From NCBI RefSeq assembly GCF_020745735.1, contig NC_083401.1, positions 150,409,740-150,473,739 on the forward strand: a stretch of DNA of 64,000 nucleotides. The letters run 5' to 3'. Origin of the DNA: Hemiscyllium ocellatum (Eukaryota). The notes beneath the pieces are model-generated. The model did no database searches. It was not told the DNA's origin and saw only the letters and a program-made list of their open reading frames with translations. The position numbers and the translations under genes were made by a program. Shown piece by piece: positions 50,901-64,000 of the stretch (position 1 is its first letter; the number at the start of each line of letters is the position of its first letter).

Positions 50901-52889
50901 TGCCCCTGCTTCTGAGTTTCCCCTCCTTCCCTGATTTCCCTCCATATGATCATTCCTTACCCCTGATGTTCCTGGACTTTCAAGTTGCTTTGCTGCCTGC
51001 AGGGTTGGCCTTTGTAGATTATAGTGGCTGCCTCTGAGGGGCTGGCAGCTTTGGATAGAGTAAGATATTACTGTTCTGCAATGTAAAAATGCCATTTCTT
51101 GCACCCGTCACCACACTTAGGTCATTGTGGACTGAAACATAAGGATTAGTTACACTGTGGGTATTGAATTTATAACATTATATTGTATGGGCCTTATTCA
51201 TCTTTGTGTCAACACTAAAGTTTCCTGATATCTGATTAGAATCTCTTTTATTATCTCTTTAGTATTTGTGGCAAACACAGTATAATTTCAGCACCAATAT
51301 ATTATTAAAGCACTGTCAGTTGTCAAACTTTGTGAAAAATGGCCCGATCTTATTTTCTAACCAGGTTGCTTTCTGTGGACATGAGTATTCATTCAATAAA
51401 GGAATCTGGTGGTAGGGTTGAATGCGTGGTATCGGCAGAGAAGGAAATGATGTGGCGAAAGTGAATTGTAAATTATTTTGGCACTGCCAGCTTATTTGTT
51501 GTTGTTGAAAATCACTGAATCTGGTAATTCGAGTTAACCTTGGCTTACATTTAAAAAGGTAATGAGCAGCATTCAGATTAAAAACATTAGTTCAATGTAG
51601 CAGTGCAATTTGTGGCATTCTGAAGGCAAAATATTACAGTATAACATGTAACATTGCACTTGCTATTTTTTTAGTGTGAGATATAATGCATTGAGAATCA
51701 AAAGGTTGTTTTGTGGATGACTTACCACTTGTTTTTTTTTCGAGTAACCCAGAAAGCTCTTCCCTTAAAAAAAACCATCTTGAAAAATATTTGATTCAAA
51801 GAATGCAATATCTCTTAACTAAGCAAATCTTTACTCTTTTTAACTCGTAGTTGAATTAAACTTAGTGACAACGGAACTGAATTATGAAAGCTAGCATTAT
51901 GACTGGAAGTGAGCAGCTGGTTGCAGGCTGCATGGTTCTTATTTGACACTGAAGGATTGTGGTGTTTGTTTATTATGTCACAGTTTGCAAATGCACTACT
52001 ATCCTCTGGAATACAGTTACCCTTTACAGATGTTATTATTAAAATTTTGTCAGGGTTTTTTAATAACAGCAGAACAATAATAGTTTTATTCTTTTATGGT
52101 ACGGTATTTCCTGGTGTTTCTCAGCTGTAACAGTTAAAGGAGGGAATCATTAATTATCTCAATTACAGGTAAACCAAATTTTCTGCCTTGTGGATATTTC
52201 CAGATTCCTACTGTGTTTGCACCACAGCACCAACAAAATCAGAACAAACAATCAGGTGTCATGAAAACAAAATATTAAATGTGGGTACAAATAAAAATGT
52301 ACACTGCCTAAACTTTCTGCACTGTGTAATCCTTTGTTGCTTTAAAGAAAATAATGAAAATGAAAAATTGATAAAAGTGCATTAATTGAAAACATACTGA
52401 CAACAGACCGTCATTCAACTGCTGTCAGAACTTCGTTCACTGATTATTCAGGGCCATGCCCAGGACATTATTAAATTGCCATTTTCCTTAGGCTGGAGAC
52501 ATATGGTACAGATAAAAGGGATTCTGGAGTGATTATGACTAGCCAGCCAAGAGTTTGTGTATATAGAGAGGGAGAAACAAATTCACTGGCTGATAGTGGC
52601 TCATTCCTAACTCTCTGTCTGTAATTCATCAGACCATAGAGATTGGAACACAGAAGGAAGTCATTTGACCCAACGTGCCAGGCATGATATTTCTGATTTT
52701 GCTGCATTTTGATGCACATCAGATATACTTCAATAATTATGTATAATTTTCCATTTAACTTAAGACTCTTTTTACACACACAAATGTAAACCTGCTGCAA
52801 AATTAAAATCTACTGCTAGGTTGCATCCATGGACAGAAAATCCTATCTACCTTCTCAATGATCCTTAGAAAAACTTTGATGGCACAAGT

Positions 52890-54098
52890 TTGCCTTGTGC
52901 CATCACAAGGCAATATACAAGAGTGATATTGAACAATATGTAGAGAGAGTGGCTGCTCTAAATTATACTACTGGCTCAGCATTTCTTGCTTATAAAAATA
53001 TTGAAGTTGGTAAGTCGATCCAGATTTTGTAAGAATAATTAACTTGGAGAAAGCCAAGTTCAATGGAGTAAAAATGGATCTGATCCTGATGAATTGGAAT
53101 GGAATGTTTTCAGGCAAAATTGTAACTGAATAATGGGCTGCCATTTACAAAGGAGATTCTGGGCACATCAAAGGTATATTCCCACAGAGGAAAGATCGGG
53201 CAAGCAATTCCAGATCTCATTGAATGACAAAAAAAAAATTACGATTAAGATGAAGAAAAAAGAGCATATTTTTGACAGATGTCAGGTGAATAATGCAACC
53301 AAGAATCAGCTAAAATATTGAAGATTCAAAAAGGAGTGGAGGGGCAGGGAGTAGAAAAATCAAGTAAGTGAAACCAAGCCTAAGAAGGAACTGGCAAAGT
53401 CCAAAGCCTTCCACAGGCATTTTAATAGTAAAAGAGTGTTAAAATGAAGAGTCAGACAGATTAAGGATCATCAAAGAATATTGACAAATGGAGACAGGAG
53501 GCACAGCTGAGGTATTGGAGGAATATGCAGGTCAAGGTGAAAAGGAAAATCTTGAGAAGATGCAAGGAAGGTTTAATCTGAACACAATATTTGGGGAAAA
53601 AAAGACAACAAGATAGTTGATCTGAACGTGCAAGTAGAAATAAGTATGATCTTGTAGCCATCATAGAACCATGTTGCAGGATGAACATTGAAGGGCCCTG
53701 ACATTTAGGAAGGACAGGGCAGAAGTGAGGACTGCAGATGCTGGAGATTTAAGTCAAGATTAGAGTGGTGCTGGAAAGGCACAGCAGGTCAGGCAGCATC
53801 AGAGGAGCAGGAAAATCGACGTTTTGGGTAAAAAACCTTCATCAGGAATGAGGAAGGATAGGAGGTTAGAAAATGTGGAGGGATGTTTCTGTTAATTAAT
53901 AGTGCATTAGGGAGGGATGAGCTAAATTCAGGAAAATAATATGCAGCAGGAGGAAGAATTTAGTTAGAGATTGAAACTGATAAAACAGTCACATGAAAAT
54001 AGTGTGAAAGCCTATTAACAGTAACCAAAGAGTAGCATAAAGGAAGAAAAATGGAAGCTTGTTATGATTACAGCAATAATCATAAGGGATTTTAATTT
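52890..54098 (+). mobile_element. CR1 family A endonuclease-region fragments
   Basis: KYDLVAIIEP (~53642) and GDFN-like gggattttaat (~54087). It continues at 55811. Confidence 0.65.
53719..53850 (-). mobile_element. Solo Neptune pLTR fragment
   Basis: Tail, pLTR and a decayed hammerhead (GAAA>AAAA). TSD aggaaggaYagg at 53707-53718 and 53851-53862. Confidence 0.85.
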
Positions 54099-55810
54099 GT
54101 TTCTTTTTTATTCATCGGGGGACAAGGGTGTTTTGGCTGGGCCAGCATTTATTCCTTATCACTAGTTGACCTTGAAGGTGGTGGTGAGCTGCCTTGAACC
54201 ACTGCAATCCATGTGCTGTAGGTAGACCCATAATGGTATTAAAGGAGAGCATTCCGTGATTTTGACCCACTAGCAGTGAAGGAACAGCAATTTATATTTC
54301 CAAGTCAGAACGATGAGTAACTTGCAATTGGTGGTGTTCCCATGATCTGTAGCCCTTCCCCTTCTGGGTGAAAGTGGTCATGAATTTAGAAGGTGTTGTC
54401 TGAGGACCTTCAAATTTCTGCAGTGCATTTTGTAAATAGTCACTCTCTACCATTGATGCTCAGTAGCTATGGTGTTTACTGAGTGCTTGTAGACGTGGTG
54501 CCAGTCAAGCAGCTGCTTTGTCCTGGATGGTGCCAAGCTTCTTGAGTTGTTGGTGCTGCATTCATCCAGGCAAGTGGTCAGTATTCCATCAATCCCTAAT
54601 TTGTGCTTTGCAGATGGTGAGCAGGACTTGAGTTACTTGCAGCAATCTTCCTAGCCTCTGACCTGCTCTTGTAGTCACTGTATTTGTATTGCAAGTCCAA
54701 TTCAGTTTCTGGTCAATGGTTTTCCGTGTTGGTGGTGCCAGTGAATGTCAAGGTGGTGTGTTGGGGTCATCACTGCCTGGCATTTGTGTGGCACAAATGT
54801 TACTTAGCACTTTTTCAGGCCAAGCCTGCATGTTGTCTAAGTCTTGCTGCACTTGAACATAGACTGCATTAGTATTTAAGGAGTCACGAAGATTGCTGAT
54901 CACTGTGCAATCATTGGTGAAAATCCCCACTACTTAGGATGGCAGGAAGTTCGTGATAAAGCAGCTGAAGGTGGTTGAGCCTAGAACAGGATTCTGAGGA
55001 AATACTGCAGAGATTTTGTGGAACTGAAACGATTGACCTCTAAACAATCGTAACCATTTTCCTATTTATCAGGTGTGGTGCTAACCATTTGAGAGTTTCC
55101 CCCAAATTCCTGTTGACTCCAATTTGGCTAGGAATCCTAATGCCACACTTGGCCTAGTAGTAATATCACTGGACTGTTAATCCAGACACTTAAGTAATAT
55201 TCTGAGAACCAGGTTTGAATCCTGCCACGGCAGATGATGGGATTTAAATTCAGGAGAAAAGAAATGTGTATTTAAGGGTATAATGATCATACATCCGTTT
55301 TTTGACTGTTGGAAAAAACCATTTTGTTTACTAATGTCCCTGAAGGAAGGAAACTGCTATCCTTACCTGGTTTTGGCCTACATGTGGCTCCAGACCCACA
55401 GCATTGAGGTTGACTCTTAACTGCCCTCTGGACAATTAGGGATAGACAATAAATGCTGGCTGAGTGATGCCCTCATCCCGTGAATGAATATCTTTTAGAA
55501 AAAAAAATCTCTGTCACATATCATCTCAACATCCAGGTCTGTCTCTTGCAATTCACCTTTTAGAATTCAGCTCTTTTATGTGTTTCAACCAAAGCTGTAA
55601 TGAGGATAGGAACTGAATGGCCCTGGAGGAATCCAAACTGGATGACAGTGAGCAAGTTACTGCTGAGTAAGTACTGTTGATGCATCTTCAATCAGTTTGC
55701 TGATGATTGAGAGTAGACTGACAAAGTGCTAGTCAGTTGGGTTGGAGTTTTTGTATAATGGACGTACCTTGGCAATTTTCCACATTGTCAGGTAAATGCT
55801 TTTGTAACTC
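54099..55810 (-). mobile_element. CR1-group family B fragment, interrupted by a SINE
   Basis: Reverse complement of the family B tail at 54100-54190 and of the RT (GIFTNDCT...QQDLDNMQAW). Confidence 0.85.
55152..55507 (+). mobile_element. tRNA-like SINE with CR1 family B tail
   Basis: Head tagtagtaatatcactggactgttaatcc...ggtttgaatcctgcc; ends ggacaattagggatagacaataaatgctggc...tgaatgaat. Confidence 0.8.
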
Positions 55811-57145
55811 TATAGATACATAGACAGGGCAAAGGTAGCTTGGATGAGACATTTGTCACTCTCCCGTTAAAACCTGTTGGCTCTGGGCTGGCGGCATTGT
55901 TTTCTCTTGTGTAGTTTTCATCTTTTTTTTATTTTCTTCTTTTTCTTATTCTTTTGCTGGGGTGGTGTCAGCGGGGCAGTGACTGCAGCTTTGGTGGCAT
56001 GGATTGGGACTCTTGGCAGTAGTGGTGGTGCCCAGAGCCGGGCCTCCTGGCAGTGGTGGGCTTGGAGCCGGGTCTCCTGGCGGTGCCAGCGAAGCAGTAA
56101 CAGAGCCGGGGTCTCCTCGCATTTTGGCGCCATTGTTGCTTTTCCCAGAATGGGACCCTCTAGGACCAGGATACCTTTCAGAGAATACACAGAAGCTCTG
56201 AAGCTTTGCTTGAGACCCTGGTTTGAACAAAAAATAAGTTCTTTCTTAAGTAATTTCTTTTTATCCTTCTTGTAACTCAAAATGGTATCGGATTCTGGCA
56301 ACAAAACACTTTTCACTGTATCTTCAAGATATTTGTAACAATAAATCATTCATTGATTCAGGTTTATAGAATGTTTCTGTAATAGCTTCTTTGAAGAGCA
56401 TGTCCTGGATCCAACCAGAGAAGATGCTATACAAGACCTCGTGTTGTGTGATGCATCAGAATTGCTTAGTGAACTCCAGAGTAAACACATCCCTAGCTAA
56501 CAATGATTAGCATATGATTGAATATTGTATTTAATTTGAGGGATGATAGAGGCTCAAGATTAGTATTTTAAAATTAAACTGCAATTATGAGGTCATGACA
56601 GAGTAGCTATAATGAATTGTGATGCCAAGGTCAGTGGATTTGTGGACAATGCCGAAGAATGATGTAGGTTAGAGAGGGACATAGTTAAGCTGCAGAGCTG
56701 GGCTGAGAGATGGCAAATGGAGTTTAATGTGGAAAAGTGTGAGGTGTTTCACTTTGGAAGGAGTAACAGGAATTCAGAGTATTGGGTTAATGGTAAGATT
56801 CTTGATGGTGTGGGTGAGCAGAGAGATCTTGGTGTCCATGTACATAGATCCCTGAAAGTTGCCACCCAAATTGATAAAGTTGTTAAGAAGGTATATTGTG
56901 CATTAGCTTTTATTGGTAGTATTGCATACAGTTCTAGTCACCACATTACGGGAAGGATGTGAAAGCATTGAAAAGGGTACAGAGGAGCTTTACCAGGATA
57001 TTGCCTGGTATGGAGGGAATGTCTTATGAGGGAAGGCTTAGGGACTTGAGGCTGTTTTCATTCGAGAGAAGAAGGTTAAGAGGTGACTCAATAGAGGCAA
57101 GCAAGATGATCAAAGGATTAGATAGGATGGACAGTGAGAGCATTT
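55811..57145 (+). mobile_element. CR1 family A continuation plus RT-region fragment
   Basis: SFFEEHVLDPTREDAIQDLVLC (56385-56450); WQMEFNVEKCEVFHFG..QRDLGVHVHRSLK; LFSFERRRLRGD. Confidence 0.85.
55853..56360 (+). mobile_element. Unclassified GC-rich non-coding element ending in a Rex/Babar-like tail
   Basis: CpG-containing body at 55955-56170. The 3' end cttttcactgtatc...gtaacaataaatcattc resembles the Rex/Babar tails. It interrupts a CR1 endonuclease region. Confidence 0.6.
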
Positions 57146-57372
57146 GTTGATGGTCAGTATGATTCTGATAGGGCAGTAGTTGACGATGTTAGATTTATCC
57201 TGATTTTTGTGCACAGTATGTACCTGGGCAGTATTTGACCTAGTCAGATGCCAATGTTGTAACAGTACTGGAACAGCTTTGCGAGGCCATGGTGGGTTTT
57301 GGAGCACAAGCCATTAGTATTATTACGGGAATATTGTCAGGGCTCAAAATCTTTGCATTTCAGCCATTCTTC
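57146..57372 (-). mobile_element. CR1-group family B fragment
   Basis: AQVHTVHKNQDKSNIVNYCPI resembles the family B NYRPISL region. Confidence 0.7.
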
Positions 57373-58111
57373 ATTTCACTGTTGGATTGAGTTATTTTCA
57401 ATATTAATTATTTTAACTTTTTAATTGTTCACTTGCTTAACATTTACCTTTTGCGTGGTTAGATGTGAAACTATTTCAGTTGGAAAGCAGGCCATGTGGC
57501 CAGATCAGAAGTAAAGTTTATGGTTTTATTGTATCATGGCTCTGCCTAGAGTAAAATTAGGCTGACATAAGTGAGAATGATTTTGAGGTTAAAGGCGCTA
57601 AGTTTGTATGGTTGTTTATAGCTTTAATTTGTTTCAGACATTGGGTAGTTATTGTGGAGTCATGAAAGATTTTTGTAGTTGAAGGATAATGATAGATTTT
57701 TGGTTAGAATTATTAGAGTTGATACATTAGGAGAAGTGAATTGTTTTGAAAGGGGTAATTTTCTAAAATGATTGACATGTTAAAGAATGCATGAAGAGAC
57801 ACTATGAAGTAACGTCACCAGGATGACAATTGCTTTTAAGAAAACCAATCCAGGATTAGGTATGGACTATATGGTCAATCCAAGATTGAATTTGAACATT
57901 TGTGCTCTAATTGGGTTATTCATGCATAAGGTTGAAGATTGCAAACCCTTTTAAAAACTGAACTCTCCTCATATTTACTGGGCACAATTCTGAAAAGAGA
58001 GGACCCAGGATATGCATAAGTTATCAAAGGTGACAGGCTATTTTGATAAAATGGTTCATAAACCACAAGGCATTTGGGTTTATTGATAGGGTCATTAAAG
58101 CTTTAAAAACA

Positions 58112-58234
58112 AATGTTTCAGGCATTTGCCCTTCATCAACTCACCTGCTCCTCTGATGCTGCCTGACCTGCTGTACTTTTCCAGCACCAGCCTTTTCGAC
58201 TCTGATCTCCAGTAACTGCAGTCATCACTTCCTC
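58112..58234 (+). mobile_element. Neptune pLTR fragment with short inverted hammerhead piece
   Basis: gatgctgcctgacctgctgtacttttccagc...tctgatctccagtaactgcag, preceded by inverted atgtttcaggcatttgcccttcatca. Confidence 0.8.
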
Positions 58235-58499
58235 TTATAAAACTGTTTTATGCATCACTCCACCACTGGGTGTGTTTTTCAATGGGGTGTCATGCAAAGT
58301 TACATATGGCTAGCCCACCACCTTCATGATTGTAGACAGACACACACATACACATCCAACTCTCACCTACTTAAACAATAGGTGGCCTTGTTATTGCTGC
58401 AGGGTGGTCACTTTTAACATGAGTTCAACTAGCATTCAACACTTCTACCAGACAATTGCACAGTATACCCTGTGTTCCCTCCTCCTTGTAAACCTCTGC

Positions 58500-59080
58500 T
58501 GAAGGAAATTATGGTGAGCTTGTGTAAAGCACAGTTTCAACCTCTACTGAGGCATTGCATCCAGGTCTGGGTTGCACATGGTAGAAAGTCTCTGAAGACA
58601 TTAATGAGAGTAAGAATGGCTGTTAATCTGAGGAACTTCTGGTTTGCAGAGAATCCTTGGCAATTAGGAATGGACAATATATGCTGACCTAGTCAACGAT
58701 GCCCACCTCCCATAAACAAATGGTAAAGAGATTGGAGAATTTGAGACTATTACCTGTGAAGAACAGGTTCTTTGGAGGGGATTTGATAGAAGTACTCAAT
58801 CATAAATCTGAACAGTGAAGATAGGAATAACCTGTTCTCATTGGTGGCAGGCTTGAGAACCAGATTGCACAGATTTAAGGTAATTGACAAAAGAGGCAGT
58901 GATGACATGAAAATTTCCACGTAGCAAGTGATTATGATCTGATATCTATTGTTTTATCAGAGTGAGAGACAGAGAGGTTCAACCCAGCCATTCAAGGGGA
59001 AAATGGGTTAGCATCAGAAAAGGTACAGGAAGAAGAGGAAAAATCCGCAAAATTACTACCTGGAGTCAGAACAGGTAGGA
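58500..59080 (+). mobile_element. Decayed CR1 3' fragment with family B tail inserted
   Basis: QPLLRHCIQVW; the family B tail is at 58658-58720. Confidence 0.6.
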
Positions 59081-60074
59081 TGGTCAAACTGTAATTCTGT
59101 ACAAATTGGATTGTCATCTTGACTGTGATTATTACCTTTTATTCAAATGTGGACCTTTTTGAAATGTTCTAAAATATGGCTGGCCTAGAGACAGAGACTT
59201 CATGCTGTTGTAATTACTGGTTGGAGTAGATAAGAGCACCTGTGTTTTCATTTCCAGTGTTAAAACAACAAATTCATGGGTTTACATAACACTTTTTTTA
59301 ATACCTTCAGGATGTCCTTGAGTGCTTTATAGTCAATGATATGCTTTTGAAGTAATAATGTAGAGGCAGTGTTCACAGCAGCCTGGTCCTTAAATAACAG
59401 TGATGATGCCAAGTTAATCTGTTTGAGTGATTCTGGTTGAGTTTAAATATTTGACAGGATACCAAGGAGAACATTGACTTCTTCAAATAGTACCATGTTT
59501 TTTTTCTAACGTCCTCTTGAAAGGGATTTTGTTTAACATCTTATTCAAAAAAGCTTACATCCCTGACAGTTGAACAGTTCTCAATACAGTAGGAGGCTCA
59601 CTTGGGCTCTGAGCTCAAATCTCACAGATAGAAATGTCGAAGCTAAGAGTAGGCCATTCGACTTGTCTCTAAGTGTCTTCAACTCATTATATACTGTAAT
59701 ACTCCATGCTTTGCATCAACAATAACTGAAGTGCAATCCTGAACTAGTTCAAAAACCATGATGATTTTATCCAAGGTGCACATTTACTGCATATTCTAAG
59801 CACTACTTGATGCAATTCAATTTTTCAAGAAGATGATTGATCCTTTTAGACCTAAGAACTGTAGCTAGGAGTATGGAGTGAAAGCGGGAACGGAATACTG
59901 AAATGGACTATCAGTCATGATCATATCGAATGGTTGAGCAGATTCAAAGGTCCAACTGACAATCTCTTATTTCAGTTCCTAAGCTTCTACGTAACTCTAG
60001 TTAAAGCAGCAGCAAGGAGTGAAACATGTAATGACCTGAGGACCGGTGATCTAGGCCATTGTACGCAATAATTA

Positions 60075-60188
60075 GGCCTCCTGTGATGCTATGGTAGTAT
60101 CTTTTGTTTGTGGGCTAGAGGTCCTGGTTCAAGTTCCAGCTACTTCAGACAATATGTCATAACACTTCTGCACAAGTTGATTAAAAAC
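60075..60188 (+). mobile_element. Short (~110 bp) tRNA-like SINE family
   Basis: ggcctcctgtgatgctatggtagt...ggttcaagttcc...caagttgattaaaa. Related copies lie at ~3983-4082 (+), ~3478-3560 (+), ~10783-10890 (-) and ~46303-46410 (+). Confidence 0.6.
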
Positions 60189-60199
60189 ATACATCGCGC

Positions 60200-60862
60200 C
60201 ATGGTTGAAATTTTGCTGAAGTGATCAGTACTGGAGAAGTGCTATAGCAATTAATAAAATATCCTAGCCTTTAAAAGTAAGGGTATAGACCATAGGAACA
60301 AGAGGGGTATGCTGGACTTATAAAGGCACTAATTCGACCTTGGCTGGAATATTATGTACAGTTCTGTATGCCATACTTTTGGAAGTGTTTTGAATGCATT
60401 CAAATAATGCAGGAGACATTTACAATAGCAATTTCAAGAATGAGAAACTACAATCATGACAATAATTTAAAGAATTTTTGAATGTTTTCTACAGTCAAGA
60501 GAAGACTGGAAAGAGATTTGTTTGGAGTTTTCAAAATTTTGAGAGAACTGAAGAAATTATTCCCACTTGTGGAAGTATTGAGAACGAGTGGGCCCAAATG
60601 TAAAGCAATTTGCAAAAGGGGCAAATGCAATGGGAGAGAAATATTTTTCACAGTGAGTAGTTTGGGTCTGTTGTGCACAGCCTAGAAGTGTAGTGGAGGC
60701 AGGTTCAACTGAGTCATTTAAGATAACGTTGCTTCTATTGAAATAATCATCATGTTAGGTTATGAGGAAAAGGCAGGCAAATGACACTGTTCATAATATT
60801 CATTTGGAGAGTTGGTGCAAATATGGGCTGAATGGCTTGCTTCTGCAGCATAACAATTCATT
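60200..60862 (+). mobile_element. CR1 3' fragment
   Basis: LYKALIRPWLEYYVQF; RRLERDLFGVFKIL. Confidence 0.8.
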
Positions 60863-61534
60863 AGTTGAGATCAAGGGTCATGGAGGGAACAAGGATTAGA
60901 GTGGTTTATGATGATCTAGATGGTGCTGGCAGAGAGTTGAAAGTGAGGATGAGGATTTTAAAGTAGCAGTCTTTGTAGATCGGAACCTTCTTGCTTTACT
61001 TGCAGTCAGTTGGAATGGGTGATTGATGTCCCACGTTTCAGAAACAAATTGTTTCCTTAGCTTTGGGACCAACATGAATGAAAACGAAACTCTGATGCCT
61101 GAGATAGACAGTAGAGAGAGAAAGAACTGAGGATTCATGTAAATTGGGGACCCATTGCTTACATACAAGAACAAAACTGTACCATTTTATTTTGAAACAT
61201 GTGGATGGCTAAATCACCCGCAAACAAACACCAGGCTCAGATGGAGACACAGACTTGTGTACGGATGAGCAAACTCTTGGCCACGTGGAGAAACATTGAT
61301 ATGTGCAGAGATACACACCATTCATGTACATGTGTAAGCAAATAGACAATCAGGTGTGCATATATTTGCACACATTCAAACACACAGATGCATACATCAA
61401 TGTCTACATCATTAACAAATCACTTAACAAACAAACTCATACATATATACATAGCCTTTTAATCAAATATTCCATCTTCTAAGTTTGAAGTAGACACTGA
61501 ATACTCAGTTACTGCAACATTAAAATTTGAGCCA

Positions 61535-61745
61535 GTTATAGAGTCAAATAATATAGAAAAGACCCTTTTGTCAAACTCAACTATGCCAACCAGACATCAT
61601 AATGTGACCCAGTCCCACTTGCCAGCACGTGGCCCATATCTCTCTAACCCCTTCCTATTCAAATGACCATCCAACACTCCCTCTGGCAGCTCATTCCATA
61701 CACTCATCATCCTATCCATGACAAAGTTATCCTTCAGATCTGTTT
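61535..61745 (-). mobile_element. CR1 tail fragment
   Basis: SVWNELPEG..GPRAGKWD. Confidence 0.75.
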
Positions 61746-62519
61746 TTTCAGTTCTGGGAACTGAGTACAGAAATGAATCAATTTCAGTCCGTGTGTCTGA
61801 ATAAATTTTCCGCATGATATGTGGAAAGCAAAAATATAATCACCACTTAATTTGTTAGAATCCTGTACTGTTTTTAAAAAAAAACACTTAAATTTGGCAC
61901 ATTATTTCTGTGAAAATTCTGAATTATGACACTGTAAGTAATGCTGCACTAAAGTGTACCACTACCTTTTAAGATTGCAAAGCAGTAAATAAGAGTATTG
62001 TTTGAAAGCCCAGTCCATTAGATACAAAGTATTGATAATCGAAATGATTGAGTTGATCCATGGTTACATTTTGTAGAAAATAGAATTTTCTCCAATCCCA
62101 TACTTTCGTATTTGGCTGTTCCCAAAAATAATCCCTCAGATGGGAATAATTTTGACTTTGAAATCAGTGGAAATAAACATGAGGATGACAGATCATATAT
62201 CATTCACTTTACACTTGTCCAAAGTCAAAACTATCCCCACTCATTCCTTCCATTGATTATCTGTCCAATTCTCCTTTTAAGCGTTTCAGTATAACTTGTC
62301 TTTATGACCGCAATGGGCAGGCATTCTTGGTCTGCATCCATTCTGTATGAAATAATTAAACTAAAACCATTAATGTAGCTTTCCTCCTTGTATTTGCTAG
62401 TGTTTCTTATTTCTGGCGTTTTAGTAACTTCAATATATTGATCCAAAGTTTGTCAAAATTATGACAAATTAATTATGTGAAAATACCACAGAGACATCAA
62501 GGGCACATGTGTAATGAAA

Positions 62520-63970
62520 GTAGAAAAGAAAAGCTTGTTCTGAGTTTGTAACATCATGCTGTAAATTTGTTGAACACAATAGCTTGCTAGTGGGTGTTGA
62601 TTGAAATGCAAGGAACAACATGGAGTTCCCATACTTGCGCAGTTGGATATAAAGCAAATTCCCCAGAGAAGGTTGAGTCATTTGAAATTAAAGTCCCCTT
62701 TTGAAGCGATGAAGGCTTTGATCAGTTGTGCTGAAGAGCTGCAGACATGGCCAAGTTGCTTTGCAAAGCACTGCATTGGTAAGAGTGTGCTGTTACTGCT
62801 TGAGAGTTGAATGCCAACTGTCTGGAAGGCATTTCAGCTGACCACCTTGCCCACCTTCAGCTGTACTTTCCAGCTGCCAGTTTTCAGACTGGCATGGGGA
62901 GTAGATTGTGTAACTGCTTTGTAGGGTGAGGGACATTTCCATGACTATAATTCCCAGCTGCAGTACATCAACAACAACACCACATGTCCTGCCACAGGCA
63001 CTGGAGATGGCCACTGAGATACAGTTGAAAGAGTTGAGACAGCCAGCATGGGGTTCATAGGCAAAGAATTAGCTTCCCTGTTGTGTGGGAACAAGTGCTC
63101 CAGTCATCTCACTCTGTTGGTATTTGTATCCATATGGTGCAAGATCATCTTCCCAGTGGAGCAGGTGTGATTGCAATGTTGGTATCTCAAGGTACAAATC
63201 ACCAGAAGCTTGCTTCTCTGCTTTTCAAAACCTGTTACTCTGACTTCTTTAAAGCGTATAATATCCTCTGTTACAATTAACTTAGAAGTGCAAAGCTTGC
63301 TGAATTGTCCCACTACCACTGTGTAAATTTGGTAAAAACAGTGCCTTACTATTGGCTCTTGATTTAGACGCAAGAAGTGACATGAAGTTTCCCTGCTTGC
63401 AGAATTGGTGATAAATCAGTTTATAAAGTACACGCAGGGATGTGAGAATGTTAGGAATAGCTTGTTTATAGAAAATGATGAATAATTTCTCAGCATGCTG
63501 ACTGAGGCATGGGTGCAAGAATAGAATAGGCTGGGAGGTCATTGAGTGAACTGGCAATGCAGGTGGGAGTGAGGTGCCCGCAGAGAGAAATGTGCAGACC
63601 ACCAAGGTGAACTGACTGTGGTGTGCTTGTGGAAGAAGGTTTCTGCAAGCCAGAGTGTTGGGCTTGTCACTTACACTTTTCCCTGTTGTATTTTTCTTAT
63701 GTCTTTAAGTTTTGTGGAGGAGCCAAAGCACTACTATTCTGTTTCTCACCACTTCAATTCACTTTACCCTGGCTGAAACAGCTCGCCTGTTCCTTACGTC
63801 CTTAGAATTAGTTGTCTCTGCAGCTCTCTGCAGCTCCCTACAGCTCACTCAACTAGACCACCGGACGAGTGGAATGCACAGGATCTGACCTTCTCCAGGT
63901 TTCCTCCTCATGCAGATAGCGGCTGCAGCCTAAAAGAAAATCAATGACCTGGTGTGTTTCTGTGAGGAAT
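62520..63970. mobile_element. Probable decayed PIF/Harbinger transposon (transposase on minus, Myb/SANT on plus)
   Basis: Minus-strand fragments LNSF../SGHLQ..QDM, LTNAVLCKA and SINTH occur in Harbinger order. The plus strand has QIAAAA*KKINDL at ~63914-63952. Confidence 0.35.
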
Positions 63971-64000
63971 GCTACAGAACCTTTTACACACGTAATTCTT

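Overview
AT-rich vertebrate genomic DNA, most likely from a shark or ray. The inference rests on HE1-type V-SINEs, Deu-domain SINEs and abundant CR1 and Penelope repeats. The window looks intronic or intergenic: I found no host exon I can support, and most ORF-track entries are retroelement remnants or chance ORFs. It is dominated by nested transposable elements: two CR1-group LINE families, L1, Tx1, RTE, Rex/Babar and L2 fragments, a solo LTR, several SINE families and probable decayed Harbinger remnants. The most informative feature is a set of Penelope-like elements (PLEs) from two clades. One is a young Neptune-type element (20121-22922) whose RT/GIY-YIG frame has a single frameshift. The other is an essentially full-length but decayed Poseidon-type element (39083-41840). 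Several ~120-300 bp derivatives of their terminal repeats (pLTRs) are also present, some of them fold-back. The terminal repeats carry minimal type I hammerhead ribozyme motifs. The best-preserved copies share one architecture: an inverted pLTR at one end, and a ~35-40 nt 'tail' at only one outer end. Several also have 11-16 bp target-site duplications (TSDs). There is one 311-N assembly gap.
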